Numbered from the stretch's first letter, positions 23,144-36,851 are shown. The stretch is 64,000 nucleotides of DNA from Monocercomonoides exilis PA203 (GCA_001643675.2 LSRY02000045.1:248001-312000), one strand, 5' to 3'. Notes: generated by a model not told the origin, from the sequence alone. Numbers and translations: made by a program.

Positions 23144-24000
23144 ATATCTTTTGTTGAACAGAATATACAATACAAAACTTATATTAATTGATATATAAAG
23201 TGTTATGAATGCTGCATCGCGAAAAGAGGATAACAAATAGTTTCAAAAAGAAACGGAAATAACTTTATAGCCTGCGATCAAGATCGGTAAATGTAATGTT
23301 ATTTTTTTTTAACTTTTTTTTATTGATGTTTTTGAATTTCTTTTATTAATAGGAAATAGATATAGAACCGAATTTAAATGAACTCAGAAAGATTATCCTA
23401 AGTCGAGAAAAATGCAACAATCAGAAACAACTGACTTGTCTTTCTGCTTGGCGGTTTTTAATTAACAGATTTTTTTGCGGCAAATGAATAATCCTTGTTA
23501 TTGCATCTGAGCAATATTTCGCGAAAACTCAGCAAGAGAACTTGAAGATCTGACTGGATTTTTTGACTGTCAAAGAAAAGAAGAGAAAAAAAGAGAAAAG
23601 AAAAAAAGAGAAAAGAAAAAAAGAGGAAAAGAAAATAAAAGGAGGAAGAACAGGAAGATTATTTTGAAGAAATGACTCAACTTATTTGACAATTTCTTAT
23701 AACTGACAGTGGTGCTGAAGAATCGAAATGAAAATGACCCAAAAGGACAGTATTTGGAGAAGATGGAGGAATAAGAATATGGAGATTTTATTGCAAGCCC
23801 TTTTGAAACTTTCGTTTTTTTAAAGACGAAAGTTATTCAATAAGATTGTCATTGAGAATTTCTGATTGTTTTGTTAAAACTTGAAATGAAAAAAGTTATA
23901 TATCGAATCTCTTAAATTTTGAATTTCTCTTCTTTTTTTATTTCACAAAATTGAAAACATGTACTTGAAACTTCAATAACGTTTTATAATATATATATAT

Positions 24001-24205
24001 GGCTGATTCTTTTTGGAATAACACTTTTATTCAAGTTTTGATCTAAATTTTTTCTCAATAGGATTTTGATAAAAACGAGTTGAAATAGGGAACACTAATT
24101 GTTTATTACATTGCAACTGCATCAACAAATTTTTATACAAATCCCATTGAGATTGAATATTTGATCAAAACTCTCACGAAAGAATAATTTCAAAAAGGAT
24201 CACAC
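24001..24205. mobile_element. ~205 bp MITE, copy 1 (degenerate)
   Basis: GGCTGATTCTTTTTGGAAT...ATTTCAAAAAGGATCACAC flanked by ATAT/ATAT. Confidence 0.7.
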
Positions 24206-25000
24206 ATATATATGAGTGATTATTTTTTAATTCATATTTTTTCGTTCAAAAATTTCTGTTCAAAAGTTTTTCTTGAATATCAACAAATGAACTATGAAAA
24301 ATGAAAATGCTTATAATAAACTTTTTTTTTCATAATTCGGTTTCAATATTTTTTTCAGAAAACAGTTATCATGCTTTTTCTTTTTTGAATTCATAAAATT
24401 TCTCTTCAAATAAACAATATTTGAAAAAACGACAAACCAAAAATAGTTATGATTTCGAAAATAATCACCCATATATATATATATTTATATATATATATAT
24501 ATTGAAAAAAATGAAGTGAAACAAGTCAAAAAACATTGATAAATTAACATTTTGATTTCATGATTTTTTTTTTCTTCCGTAACCTTCTTCAAAAGTTTTT
24601 CAGCTAAAAATTTCTCATATTATTCATCTTGAATTCATTATTTTTATTTTCGTTCTTTCCAGCTTTCATTCACCATTCTTTTCATTAGCATTTCTTTCAG
24701 TTTTTCCTCTGTTTTTTCAGGTCATCGTATTTTTGATAGAATAATTGGATAAAACAACACAGAGAAGAAAACTGTCATTCATATCAATTAACTGGAGCTC
24801 CATGAGAAAATAAGATCATTTATTGCCATGAAAACAGATAATAATGATACAGTCACAAATGAAACAAAACAAATGAAAGTTAACAAAGCAGACCTTAACA
24901 AGAATAACCACTTCATGCTACATAAAGAAGTCTCATTATAAGCAGAAATTGAACAAATTATATCTAAGCAATGAGTTGAATAAGTGATTATATACCAATA

Positions 25001-27111
25001 GAGTCGTAATTTTTGAAAAGTCGCTGAAGATCAAAAATTTGTCCCATCGCAGTTAATTATTTTTAATTCCTTTACCATTATTATTATGAATTATATCAAC
25101 TTTCACAATGAAGTTTGATTTTTCATTTCAAACCTCTTTGTGAGAAAAAACAATTTGAAACAAAAAATTATATTTCAGTTGTTTGATCAAAATAAAAATT
25201 GAGAATTATTGATGAATATGTGATAGCGTTTTTCAGTTTGTCTTGTAATTGCTGATTCATGAAATTTTTATAATGTGCTTCGATTCTTTTTTGTGAATTA
25301 GCAAGAATTCTAATTATTGTTAATGTTTGAATTCATTTGGATATTCTTCAAACTCAGAATGAATATCTGTATTTGTGGAATCAAATATGGCTTTTACAAG
25401 TTCAAATAAACATAATAATTATATTAACCGATGGTTTGCAACTTGTTTTTTCTTTTATATTTATTTTTATTTAAGATTTTTCATATTCACATTTTTGGCA
25501 CTCTTTCCCTTACACAAAAGTCCGCACGTTGATAAACGGGCAACACTGAAGGACACACACCTCTGCTTTCGTCGCAGGCTTCTTAACGCACACTGGCAAC
25601 ATCACGCAATCACACTCTCAAACGTACTCTTCTCCTCCAGCTACTAAAAAATTTTCAAGTCCACATCTGCTCGGTAGTAATTTTCCTTCTCCAGAAACTC
25701 GAGTAACACTTCTTTCTCCACCTCCTGAGGCACATGCGCTAAATCTCTTCGCTCTGGCTGTGCAGTAGCGCGCTCTGCCACAAGTATCTTATGTCCTTCT
25801 CGGCTGCAGTACATCAAATGCCCTCGCATTGCCATTTGTGCTGGTTAGTGAACAAAAGCACCGCTTCGTGGGAAGGAGAACACATATGAAAGCGTCTTCG
25901 TACCATATACTCCCAGAACAATGCTCAGTGTCTTCGACAAACTTCCTTTCAACAACGGAATTGAACAGACTTGCACTTGCATCAGCACCTCCACACGCCT
26001 CGACTGCGGCGATCACCATATCCGCAGTGAAGGGTCAAACTGATCGTCGATTGACGGGAAAGCATTCACATCTGCCTCTGAAAAGATCTTCTTGCTCCCC
26101 GATTTCGTGCCAACTAACACTGCATGCTACGGAAGCGGCACCACCAGCGGAACCGAAAGCATTGTCGAAAGCATTACATCGTATGCACACATAACACCCC
26201 CGTACAGCACCCCCTGCCGCTCCACATCATATTTCCCCAGCGTCTGATGCACACTCAGGAACGACTTTTTGTGATTTGCATTGATGCAATTTCTTCAGAT
26301 CCAACAATTTTCAGCCACATCTCGATGTATTTCATCGCTGCTGCTAAAATGCATGACGCTGATGAAGCAGAAGCGTCCGAAGGATCAATTGCAGGTGCTG
26401 ATGATGAAGATGAAGATGAAGAGTGCACTGGCTGCTTGTCCCATCCAGCCTTCTTCTCTTCTCTTCTCCACTTCCAAACTGTGAAATAGACGAAGAAAAC
26501 AACTCGTACTGAGATGAAAGAAACTTGTTTGATTCAAACTGTTTGAATATTTATATTTGAAGAGATTACATTTTTGAGTTTGTAATAAATAGAGATTTTT
26601 TTGAAAATTAAAATATCTCACTTCAATATTTTATAATAACATAAATAATTGCTAAATGTTTAAAACTTTTCGAATATCTTTCGATTGTTACGAGCGTTGT
26701 TTTAATAAAAATCTCCTGTTTGATAATTTCTCATGAAAAAAATCCAGAATTCAAACTAAAAAAATTGTATTTATCTTTCAACAAAAATATCATTAAAAAC
26801 AAAGTTATTATCCATAAATTCATAATGAATATTCGAACAGATGAAATGAAAATGAAGAAATAAAAACATTTAATTCATTTTATTCAAATGGCTGGAATGC
26901 ATTGTTGACATAAGTGTATCACAAAATAAGGTTAAAAATCTATCTAATTTCAACAAATTAGTATCTTGTTTTTCTTTTAAAAGCGAAATAAATAACAAAA
27001 TATAACATTTTCAACACAATAACGGGAGCGGAATGATCAACATTTTTTGATCATTTTTGATCCAATTTTCAGATCAGTTAAACGTTTGCGACTTTTCAAA
27101 AATTACAACCC
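25001..27111. mobile_element. 2.1 kb non-autonomous TIR element (GRG termini, 4-bp TSD) enclosing a host-like gene fragment
   Basis: GAGTCGTAATTTTTGAAAAGTCGC (25001-25024) vs revcomp GGGTTGTAATTTTTGAAAAGTCGC (27088-27111), 22/24 identity; AATA directly outside both ends. Confidence 0.6.
25644..26470 (-). pseudogene. Decayed TBC/Rab-GAP-like gene fragment
   Basis: Motifs spread across frames: EIHRDV, RQGVLYGVLC(AY), P-AQMAMRAFDV...EGHKILVA, resembling TBC IxxDxxR, LxxvLxAY and RxwDxfxxeGxkil. GC higher than flanks. Confidence 0.4.
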
Positions 27112-27997
27112 AATAAAAGAAATGACATATTATTTTTTTCCTTGTATGTGCATTTGTGACATGTTTTTCAATTGAAAATATTCTTCATTTGGATATTGCA
27201 TGGATTGACTTCATCGCTTTTTGGTATTTGTTTTTCATCAATAACAGAATGGAACATCAATAATGGCACCTTTAAAAGATCTATAAATTAAATGGCTTGA
27301 TATTCAACTATCTATAAATAATAATTGCTCACTTCAAATCGTTAAAATAGAAAGAATTGAAATAATTTAAAAATGAAAGAAAATAAGTGAAACCAAGTTC
27401 CAAATTCGGTTTAATATAGAATAATATTTAAGCTAAAAGATATTTTGCTTGAATTTTCTTCTTTTTTGTTTTCAACAAACTTGTATTCATGAAAACAAAG
27501 AAATTATTAATGACAATCGATAGATAATGAGCGAAAGTCAGAATGAAAAGCAAGGAAAAAATGCCTGTTATATTTTGTAATATTGATGGTTGCAAAACTT
27601 CTTCTGAATGTTTCAAATATCTGACATGGAATGACGTCACTAACTTGTGACGTCAGCGATGTTTCAAAATTCCGATTCCAGCTTTTGCATCAGTGAAAAA
27701 TGCATTTTAGAAATTTCAATATAAAGAATTTTTGTATTTTTTAGATATTAAAATGATTTATAATAATGTTTTTTTATGAAAATATGATTTTTATGAAACT
27801 ATTAAAAAAAACTTGTTATTTTTGTCTAGTGACGTGGAAGTCTATCACGTCCGTCAAAAATCGAAATAGTCACGTCAGAAGTCACCACGTCACCCAGGAT
27901 TACTTTAAAGAAGCCTTATGCTTTTTTAATATAAATTCAAAAGAAAACATTTTGATTTTTGAAAATCACAAAAAAGATCAAAAATGAAAATATAAAT

Positions 27998-28202
27998 GGC
28001 TGATCCTTTTTGAAATCATACTTTCGTTCGAGTTTTGATCAAAAAATTTTCTTAAAGGGATTTGAAAAAATTGAACAAAAACTGATAATACATATTGTTC
28101 ATGATGTTATTATTTTTAAAACAAAATTATTACCAAAATCCCATTGAGATAGAAATTTTGATCAAAACTCGAACGAAAGCATGATTTCAAAAAGGATCAG
28201 CC
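27998..28202. mobile_element. ~205 bp MITE, copy 2 (best preserved)
   Basis: ~47 bp near-perfect TIR GGCTGATCCTTTTTGAAATCAT.CTTTCGTTCGAGTTTTGATCAAAA; AAAT/AAAT flanks. Confidence 0.85.
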
Positions 28203-29539
28203 AAATTCTATTGTGGTATTAATTGATCAAATAGTTGAATTGTTTTTTTTGCAAGTACTTAGCTTTTATTTCTGTAATATATATTTGATTTATTTTTAAA
28301 TTCAAAAAACACACCTTTTTTATGTTTTTGGTGAAAAAGATTTATTGATCAAATTCATTTTTAAAAGAGCAAAAAATTTAGAAATCTATCTTTAAAAGGG
28401 AAATAGAAATTTCATAATTGGTAAAACAAAATATTGCAAAGAAAAAGTTTACAAAGAAGAATACAAAAGAGAAAAAAGAAAACAAAATTGTTGATTTTTA
28501 TTGATCAAAAACAGTTAATTTTCTTTTTTTTTTCCCCTCACCTTTGTATAGCCAACAAATCTCCATTCCTTTTATTCAATTCATCTGGTTCATCAAACGT
28601 TAAACGAAATCGTGGAACATTGGATAAAGCCAAGTTCAACAGCTAACTTTCCCTCATCGCCCAGAACAAAATCGTTGCCAGCAATGGAACTGATTCTGAT
28701 GCCTGTGGCAGACCCCAACAGACCCCATGTACCACCGTCGAGTATGCCCTCTACAGCTTCATTTCCCTCCTCCAAGACGCCTCTCTCACCCTCCTCACTT
28801 CAATATTTGTTCCTCTTCAAACACTCACATTCAGCGCAGTTGATACAAAAATAACAGAAAATAATGACTTTTTTCTGACTTCTTAAGAATTTCTTTCATC
28901 TTCAAATTTTCACCATTTTCCATATCATAGAAAACTCCTTTAGCTTTCATTGTTTTTTCAACAAGAGCATATATCATCACTTATTTTTCGAGAAGTTTAA
29001 CTAAGTTCCGAAAAAAATATAACTTTGCCATTTTCCATTTGATTTGGCTTCTTCATAGAAAGAAAATTTTGATCTTTGCAAAATGGAATCTTCCGTTTTC
29101 CTTTCTTCGATCATATCAGAAAGTTTTTCAAAAACATTTATTTCCTCAACTTTCCGATTTCAACTTGTTCGTATCCAATTAGAGCAAGTGTCTTATATAA
29201 TTTCTCTTCAAATATGTCTTTTCCTCTCAATTCCTTTTCTTCCTCGTTTCATTTGCAACAATTCGCTGTTGCTTCATACCTGCGAAATCTGTCGGAGGCT
29301 ATTTAGGAACCCATCCATTTCATAAAACAATAGCTTCAACGTTCTTTCTGTTTTCACTGCAAATGCTTCAGCTTCCAAATAAAAATGGCAAAATCTTCCT
29401 CCTTTTCTGATTGTACTCCATCAGATACGCTTTTCTTGGCTCAACGAAACACTGTCTTCTTTATCACATAATTTCAGCTTATATTCTGTGTTAGAATAAA
29501 TAATTATCTGTGCTTCTGAATAGAAATGAAAAATGATGT

Positions 29540-32346
29540 CTAACGCTGAATTTGACGGGAGCTGAATGAAAGAGAAGGAGAAGAAGTTACGGAAGACAGT
29601 AAAAGTTGAGGAAGTGAGCCAGGAGCAGCAGAATTAGCAGAAGATAGCAGTTTAGCTTTGGATTGCAGTGAAGGAGATAAAGATGTTCTGAGAGAAGGAG
29701 AAGATTGCTGTTGGGGGTTCATTAACAATGAAGAATTGACAAGTGATGAAGTGCAGTGAGAAAGAGGATGAAGAGAAATATTTGCATTTGCGTCAAATTC
29801 TGCAGTTGAATCAAAATGCGCAACAAAATTGAGCACAGGGTGTTTCTGCATCAGATCCATCACCATTGAATTCTGCTACGCGGAGAAAGACGCTAATTAT
29901 GAGAACGACAGCGAATAAAACATCTTCGACAGAGCATCTCTTCTTCCAGGCACACTGCTCTGACTGAATGTTCTCATCCCTTTCTCCTTCTGCAACAGCA
30001 GCGGTGATCATTTCCCTGCTCCTTTCCTTCCCTTTCTGTGTGTCGTCTCTGCTTCCTCTTTGAACGGCCACCAGCCCCGCCACTTCATCCACCTTCCTCT
30101 TCTCAACTCTGCCAGGCTCTGCCTCAGCTCACTCTTCAGCGCACTCATCAGATCCAACCGCGTTCTTGTCTGCCTCGTATCGACAACTGAAAACACAGGC
30201 ACTTTTCGCATCTTCCACGCAAATTGCCCGTTTTCCTCGCTTTTGATACGCACACAACGGAAGGGCATATCCAATTCATCGCTCAAATCTTCAAAGACAG
30301 AATTAGCTACATCATTCAGCATGCAGTCCAATTTCCGCTCTCTTGTCAAAAATGGCGTTTGGCTTTCTTTCGCCTCTTGTTGCGCATCACTTGCCATTTT
30401 ATTCTCCTTCTGGTTAATCGGCGTGCCAGTCTCACGGTGTGGTTGTAGTATTCCTTGGATGCTGCTAAACAGATTCTTGTCTTTTTCTTCTTTCTCAATT
30501 TTCCTGCGCTCCCGCTCTTCTTTCTTCTTCCGTATTTCCTGCAGTTTTATCAACCGAAGCAGTTTTTCTCTCTGTTTGTGTCCATCTTTCTTCTCCTTTC
30601 TTCATGGCTGAAGATGGAGCTGTCACAAAAGGCATTCACTTTCTTCATTTTACTTCGGTTCCTTCAAAGAATTTCTTCTAATCAATGATATACTCTCGTT
30701 TTCTTCTGCTTTCACTTTATTTTCTTTTTCATCATCATTGTTATTTTCATCATTTTCAGGCTTCAACGCCTTCCACATCTTTATCAGTTCTCTTATTCTT
30801 CTTTCCTCTCTTCTCTCGTTCCTTGCTTCTCTCTCTCTCTCCTTCGCTCTCTCTCTTTCTCTCTTCCTCTTCTCCAGATTCTCCGCATACCGCTCCACCA
30901 TCCGAAACTCCGCAAACAGCGGCAGCGCCTCAAACACATCTGATGGGAGAAAAAAAATATTGTCTTTTCCTTCTTCTTCCGAACTGCTGTCCTCGTCCTC
31001 CTCATCTGCTGCTCTTCGCCTGTCAGAATCTGTTTCTATAAGAGCGAAGCAACGAGGAAGAAGGAGAAGAAGAAGAAGAGGAGGAGGAAGAGGATGAACG
31101 TGAAGCGCCAGAAGCAGCAGCCACTTGTGCACAGCAGTTGAAATAGCGTCGGAGGAGGTGAGGATGCATAGCTCTTATGCGGAGCGTCTGGTAATCTCAG
31201 AACGATGAGGTGGTTTGGGTGCAGAGAGTGGCAGTTACTGCAGTAACAGAAGAAGAAGAAGAAGAGGAGGAGGAGGAAGAAGATGAAGGAGAGGGAGAAG
31301 GAGATGACTGAGGAAGAGAAAGAAAAGATTCATTCGGCAATGAAGAAGGAGATGTGCCTGTTGATGTGCCAACGCCAGCAAATGAATGAGAAAAAAAGGT
31401 TTGTGTTGAATTTTGATTGCTTTTACTCAGTCTTTGTCTTTGAGGCACATAAGATGGATTCTGAAGAGTTGCTTCTTGTGGCGGAAGGATCACAGGAAGA
31501 GGCAGACGCAGCGCATGTTTTCTTTTGCAGTCTTCGATGATTTCATTAATATCTGCTTTTTCTGCTCTTTCTTGAGATGAATTCACATCTGACAGTTCGG
31601 ATGAAGAGGAAGATGAAGATGAATCGTTTTCTATGTTTTCTTTCTTGTAGAATTTGATTGTTGCTGTTTTTGATAACGATGTTGAACAAGAAGAAGAAGA
31701 AGAAGAAGAAGAAGAAGAAGAAGAAGAAGAAGAAGAAGAAGAAGAAGAAGAGAAATACGTTGTTATAAACTTGAAGAAAGTTGATGATCTGTCAGAATCT
31801 ACGTGTTGATGGCTCGTGGCAGCTCTGGTTGTGCTTGTGATGTTGCACAAAGAAGATGAACCATCCATTGAGAATATCAGAGGCAAGAGATCTTTTCTGT
31901 GGAAGCTGATGAAGATAAAGAGGACAAGTGGTGCAGTAGAGAGGCGGAGGAGAAGGAAATCTGGAGGGTGATGGAGAAGAAATATATTCAGATGATAATA
32001 GGAGGTGGAGGAAAAAGAGATGTCTTTTGTGAGAAATATGAAAGGATGTTTGCTTTGGATGAAGTGCGCTTGACTGACTCGAACAAAGTGGAGATGAAGC
32101 TATCGGTGGATAGCTGATCTGAGAAAGAAGAAGATGAGGAAGGCGATGGGGATGAAGAGAAGAAATATCGAGTAGCCGATGAGGTGAGGAATCCTGGCCG
32201 TGTGGAGAGGAGGCAGTCAGCGGCATCACAGGGACAGCAAAGGCAATAGCAAGGGTGGGGAAGACGGTTCCCAGTTCAGTCTTTTTCATCAGCTCTGACT
32301 TCAATGCTGACACAAACGGTGGTAGGTGATCGTGAAGGAGACCCAT
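29540..32346 (-). CDS. Hypothetical low-complexity protein gene or pseudogene in several fragments (poly-Ser, charged coiled-coil segments)
   Basis: Chain of minus-strand ORFs (31792..32346, 31197..31886, 30650..31132, 30008..30553, 29540..29866) with coding-like composition; no domain recognised; exon structure unresolved. Confidence 0.4.
31688..31752. repeat. (GAA)n microsatellite, ~21 units
   Basis: Direct reading; poly-Ser on the minus strand. Confidence 0.9.
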
Positions 32347-33722
32347 TGCCCACGCTAAGAAGAAGAAACTGAATGAAATTATAGCAAAAAAAGAGATGGT
32401 TCATATCTTTTTGCACAAATTGAATGAAGAAATAAAAAATAGAGTTTGAAAAAGTTAAAAAAGAAAAACAGGAAATATGATAAAACAACGAAAACAATAA
32501 GAGATAAATATGACAAAACTTATTCATTCAGAAACTGCGCCTTTATCTCTTCTTGATCAGAGCATATTGGTTATTGATTGCTCCAATACAATCAGACTGG
32601 AAAGATAAAGCGTCTCAATGATTTCCATGTAGAGGCAGTTCAGACAGGCAATGCGCTGCAGATTGCCAATGCACACACTCAGAAAATGACTGATGCGATC
32701 AACTCACAAGAAAAAGACGAAGTTCAAGATAAATAATGAAAATTAGTTCTAAAAATAACAAAAATTGAAAAAAAATATATTTAAAAATAAATACACAATA
32801 ATTCTTTGTTATTATTAAAAGAAAATTTCAACTCACACCACATCGCTTCAAATCTTCGTCATTGCCAAAGTCGATCTGTTTGGAATTCTTTTCTTTTCTT
32901 CAACCAAGCTCGGAATCTCCTCCATCTCCTTGACAATCTTCGCCTTCCTAAAATCCCTCTTCTTCTAAAAATCTGGCAATATAGAATGGAAAAACTCAAT
33001 TTCCCCGATAATTGCTGTATTCACCTGCTGTTCTCGCAAAGCTTGCTGCTCTGGGCGCGTCCAACTTCGCCTCTTCTCCATACTCATTCTCCTGCGATAT
33101 AAATTGTGTCTGCTTCCCAATCACAATCCCTTTCGGCTGTGTTATCTTCTTTCTCGCCTGCGTTTCTGTTCCGCTCGATGCAGAAAGAGACGAATCCCAA
33201 TGCTTCCATCCCTCGCCCCTCTTTCTTCTTCTTCTTCAGCTGCGTCGGCAGGATGCAGATGTCCTCGATTTCTGACTCCTTCGGAAACTCTAACTGCACC
33301 CACTCCAGCTGAATTCTCCTTGTGACTGGAATTTGTCACAAGTCCATCAGCTCCATCTGCATTTGCTCCTGTTGCGACTGCCACGCGACTTCCATTGCTC
33401 TCAAACTTGCTCCCATTTGGCCCGTGCTGTCCAGTGTCGAAGATAATTCTTTAGAAGTCAAGTCATTCCCTTATCCTTCTCCATTCCTTTTATTTCTTTG
33501 ACTCGAAAGCAAGCCATCTTCCATCTTTCCCATTTCTCCCTTGTTGCATCCACAGCCAGCTGTGCCGATGAGCATCTTTTCTGCTATTTTTCGCTTGTCT
33601 TTCTCTCTAGTTGATATCTTCTCATTTAAACAAGCCAGTTTGCTGTGTGAATTCTGCAGTGCATCAACACGCTTCGCTTTCTCTTTTTCATCTTCTTTAT
33701 TCAAAATCTCTCTTTTTGTTAT

Positions 33723-34160
33723 TCCTTCTTCTTCCTTTTCTCCTTCTTCTTCTTCTTCTTCTCCTCCTCCTCCTCCTCCTCCTCCTCCTCCTCCTCCTCC
33801 TCCTTCTTCTTCTTCTTCTTCTTCTTCTTCTTCTTCTTCTTCTTCTTCTTCTTCTTCTTCTTCTTCTTCTTCTTCTTCTTCTCCTTCTTCTTCTTCTTCT
33901 CCTCCTCCTCCTCCTCCTCCTCCTCCTTCTTCTTCTTCTTCTTCTTCTTCTTCTTCTTCTTCTTCTTCTTCTTCTTCTTCTTCTTCTTCCTTTTCTCCTT
34001 CTTCTTCTTCTTCTTCTTCTTCTTCTTCTTCTTCTTCTTCTTCTTCTTCTTCTTCTTCTTCTTCTTCTTCTTCTTCTTCTTCTTCTTCTTCTTCTTCTTC
34101 TTCTTCTTCTTCTTCTTCTTCTTCTTCTTTCTTCTTCTTTCTTCTTCTTTCTTCTTCTTC
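33723..34160. repeat. Compound (TCT)n/(CCT)n trinucleotide tract, pure pyrimidine on the + strand
   Basis: Direct reading; encodes poly-Glu/Gly in one minus frame. Confidence 0.95.
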
Positions 34161-34495
34161 GTTCTCTCTATTCTCTCTCTTCTTCTCATCAGCATTTCTT
34201 TCATTCTGTCTATTTCATTCATCCTTCTGAATATTCTGTTTATTTCTCTCAATTTCTTCTTTCTATTCATTTTATTCTTCTTCTTCTTATTTCTTCTTCT
34301 TCTTCTTCTTCTTCCTTTTATTTTATTTATTTCTTTTATTTTATTCATTTTCTTCATATTCTTCATCATTTCTTCGATCTCTTTTATTTCTTTTATTTTC
34401 TTCTTCTTCCTCAAAATCGAGTGAAAAGAATGAAAGAGAAATGAATAGAAGAATTGTGGGTGGAAGAAAAGAGATTTGAAAAGGGGAATATTCAA

Positions 34496-35075
34496 CGAGG
34501 ATGATGAAGAGGAAGAGGGAGATGATGAAGAGGGAGAAAGAGAATGAGAAAGAGGAGAAGAAGAAGAAGAGGAAGAAGGAGAAAGAGAAGAAGAAGAGGA
34601 GGAAAAAGAAGAGGAAGAGGAAGAAGAAGAAGAGGAAAAAGACGATGAAGATGATGAAGAAGATTGTACAGATGGTGTTGATGATGATGATGAAGGTAAT
34701 GTTAATGATTGAGAAGATGAATTAAAAGAAGGAGGAGGAGGAAGAAGACGAGAAAGAGATAAAGAAAGAGAACTTAAAGATGATGTTAAAGAAGAAGATG
34801 AAGAAATAGAAGAGGAAGAAGAAGAAGAAGAAGATGTTGTTGTTGTTGAAGATCAAAGAGAAGACGAGGAAGATGAAAAAGAAGAAGAAGAAGAAGTAGA
34901 AGAAGAAGAAGACGAAGAAGAAGAAAAAGAAAAAGAAGAAGAAGAAGAAGAAGATGATGATGATGGCAGAGGAGAGAAAGAGGAGTGGAAGAAAAGCGGA
35001 ACTGGTATTTGAAGCGGTGAGGAATAAGAAGCATCCGAAGAAGCAGAAAAAGGTGTTACAGAAGAAGAAGATCAT
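34496..35075 (+). repeat. GAA/GAG/GAT-rich low-complexity tract (decayed acidic coding sequence)
   Basis: Purine-rich triplets reading Glu/Asp with in-frame stops. Confidence 0.7.
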
Positions 35076-35922
35076 AAAACCAATGATGAAGTCACTGCAG
35101 GAGACAACTACGCAACCAGAAATTCTGGTATGACTTCCTTCACAGACTCGTTGCTGTACTTATTTCTTCATTCATTTTACTTTCTTCCTCTGAAATTACC
35201 ACTTTATTTTTTATTCTCATTCTCCTTCCCCTTCGCATTGAAATCACCACTAGCATTTTCTCCTGACTTTTTCAAAATCGACTTTTGCTCTTCAAACTTC
35301 AATATCTGCAACTTCTTCTCCTCATCCACAGGGCACCTGTCCTTCTTTTTATCGGTCTCGATCTCTTTGATTTGCTTCTAAACTTCCCGCTTCTCCGCCT
35401 CCGCATTGCTCACCTTTCCTTTCAGCTCTCATAACTTATCTTTAGATATCCGCTTTTTCTGCTCGACCTCTCTAAATATCCCTGCGAATTCGCTTAATAT
35501 GCGGCCATTCAAAGGCGTTTGACAAAGAAGAAATCGGAGCCAAGAAACGCGGTCGGTGCAGCTGAGGCTGAAGAATTCAGTGTTCTGAAAGAGCATGAAG
35601 ATGGTAGGCGTGTTTGGGGAAGGTGGATAATGGAGACAGGTGCAGAGAAAAAAAAGAACTGAGGTGGAAAAGGGGAAAAAAACATATAATCATGATGTTA
35701 ATAGATTTTTTTTTCAAAAAAATGTTGAAATATATTGAACTTCGTTTCGCGAATGAAGAATGAACTAACATGTGTTGAAATGTCAGATCAGAAGATGAAT
35801 GAAATAAAGAAGCTTCGTTAGAGGTAATTTTGTAAAAATTGAATTTCCGTAGAAGAAGAATAAGGAAGAAGAAGAGAATGATAACATAAATTCCATCTGA
35901 CATTTAACGTCTGCCTTCTGTA

Positions 35923-36851
35923 TCAAATATCCCGCAATTGAACATGATTCTGATTGAATCAACAAAAATAGAGTGTCACTATCAAAGTGTAATGATGAAT
36001 CTCAAAGAAATACTTAAATAAAAAATGAACAGTACCAGATATATATTTGAAAGATGATATTTTACTCTTAATAATTGTACTGATAAACTATAAGCGGAAT
36101 TGCACATTCTCAAATGGATATTTTTTTATTAGTTGAAAATTTTTCTTGGCTTTATTCAATGGAAAAAAATAATGTAAATATGGTTATAATTTTCATAAAT
36201 TGCATTGTTCTTTAATCATAAATATATATATATTAAAAAAATAAATATATATTTTTTATAACGCAATAAAATACAAAAGATAAGAAAAATATTGGATTTT
36301 CCCGAAAATTTGTCCAATTGAAAATCTCGATCACAAAAGTGGTAACAATTCTTTCTTCGTATTTCGTAACAGAAAAACATATAAAGATGTGGGAAAGCGG
36401 TTTGTGTGGAAATACGAAGAAAGAATTGTTACCACTTTTGTGATCGAGATTTTCAATTGGACAAATTTTCGGGAAAATCCAATATTTTTCTTATCTTTTG
36501 TATTTTATTGCGTTATAAAAAATATATATTTATTTTTTTAATATATATATATTTATGATTAAAGAACAATGCAATTTATGAAAATTATAACCATATTTAC
36601 ATTATTTTTTTCCATTGAATAAAGCCAAGAAAAATTTTCAACTAATAAAAAAATATCCATTTGAGAATGTGCAATTCCGCTTATAGTTTATCAGTACAAT
36701 TATTAAGAGTAAAATATCATCTTTCAAATATATATCTGGTACTGTTCATTTTTTATTTAAGTATTTCTTTGAGATTCATCATTACACTTTGATAGTGACA
36801 CTCTATTTTTGTTGATTCAATCAGAATCATGTTCAATTGCGGGATATTTGA
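35923..36851. repeat. 929 bp palindrome: 443 bp arms (35923-36365 / 36409-36851), 43 bp spacer
   Basis: TCAAATATCCCGCAATTGAAC...TTCTTCGTATTTC / GAAATACGAAGAA...GTTCAATTGCGGGATATTTGA; coordinate sum 72774 at both ends; no mismatch noticed by eye. Confidence 0.95.

Noticed and set aside
33541-34495. Poly-Ser/Leu/Lys ORFs as real proteins
   Set aside because: By-products of the stop-free trinucleotide tract.
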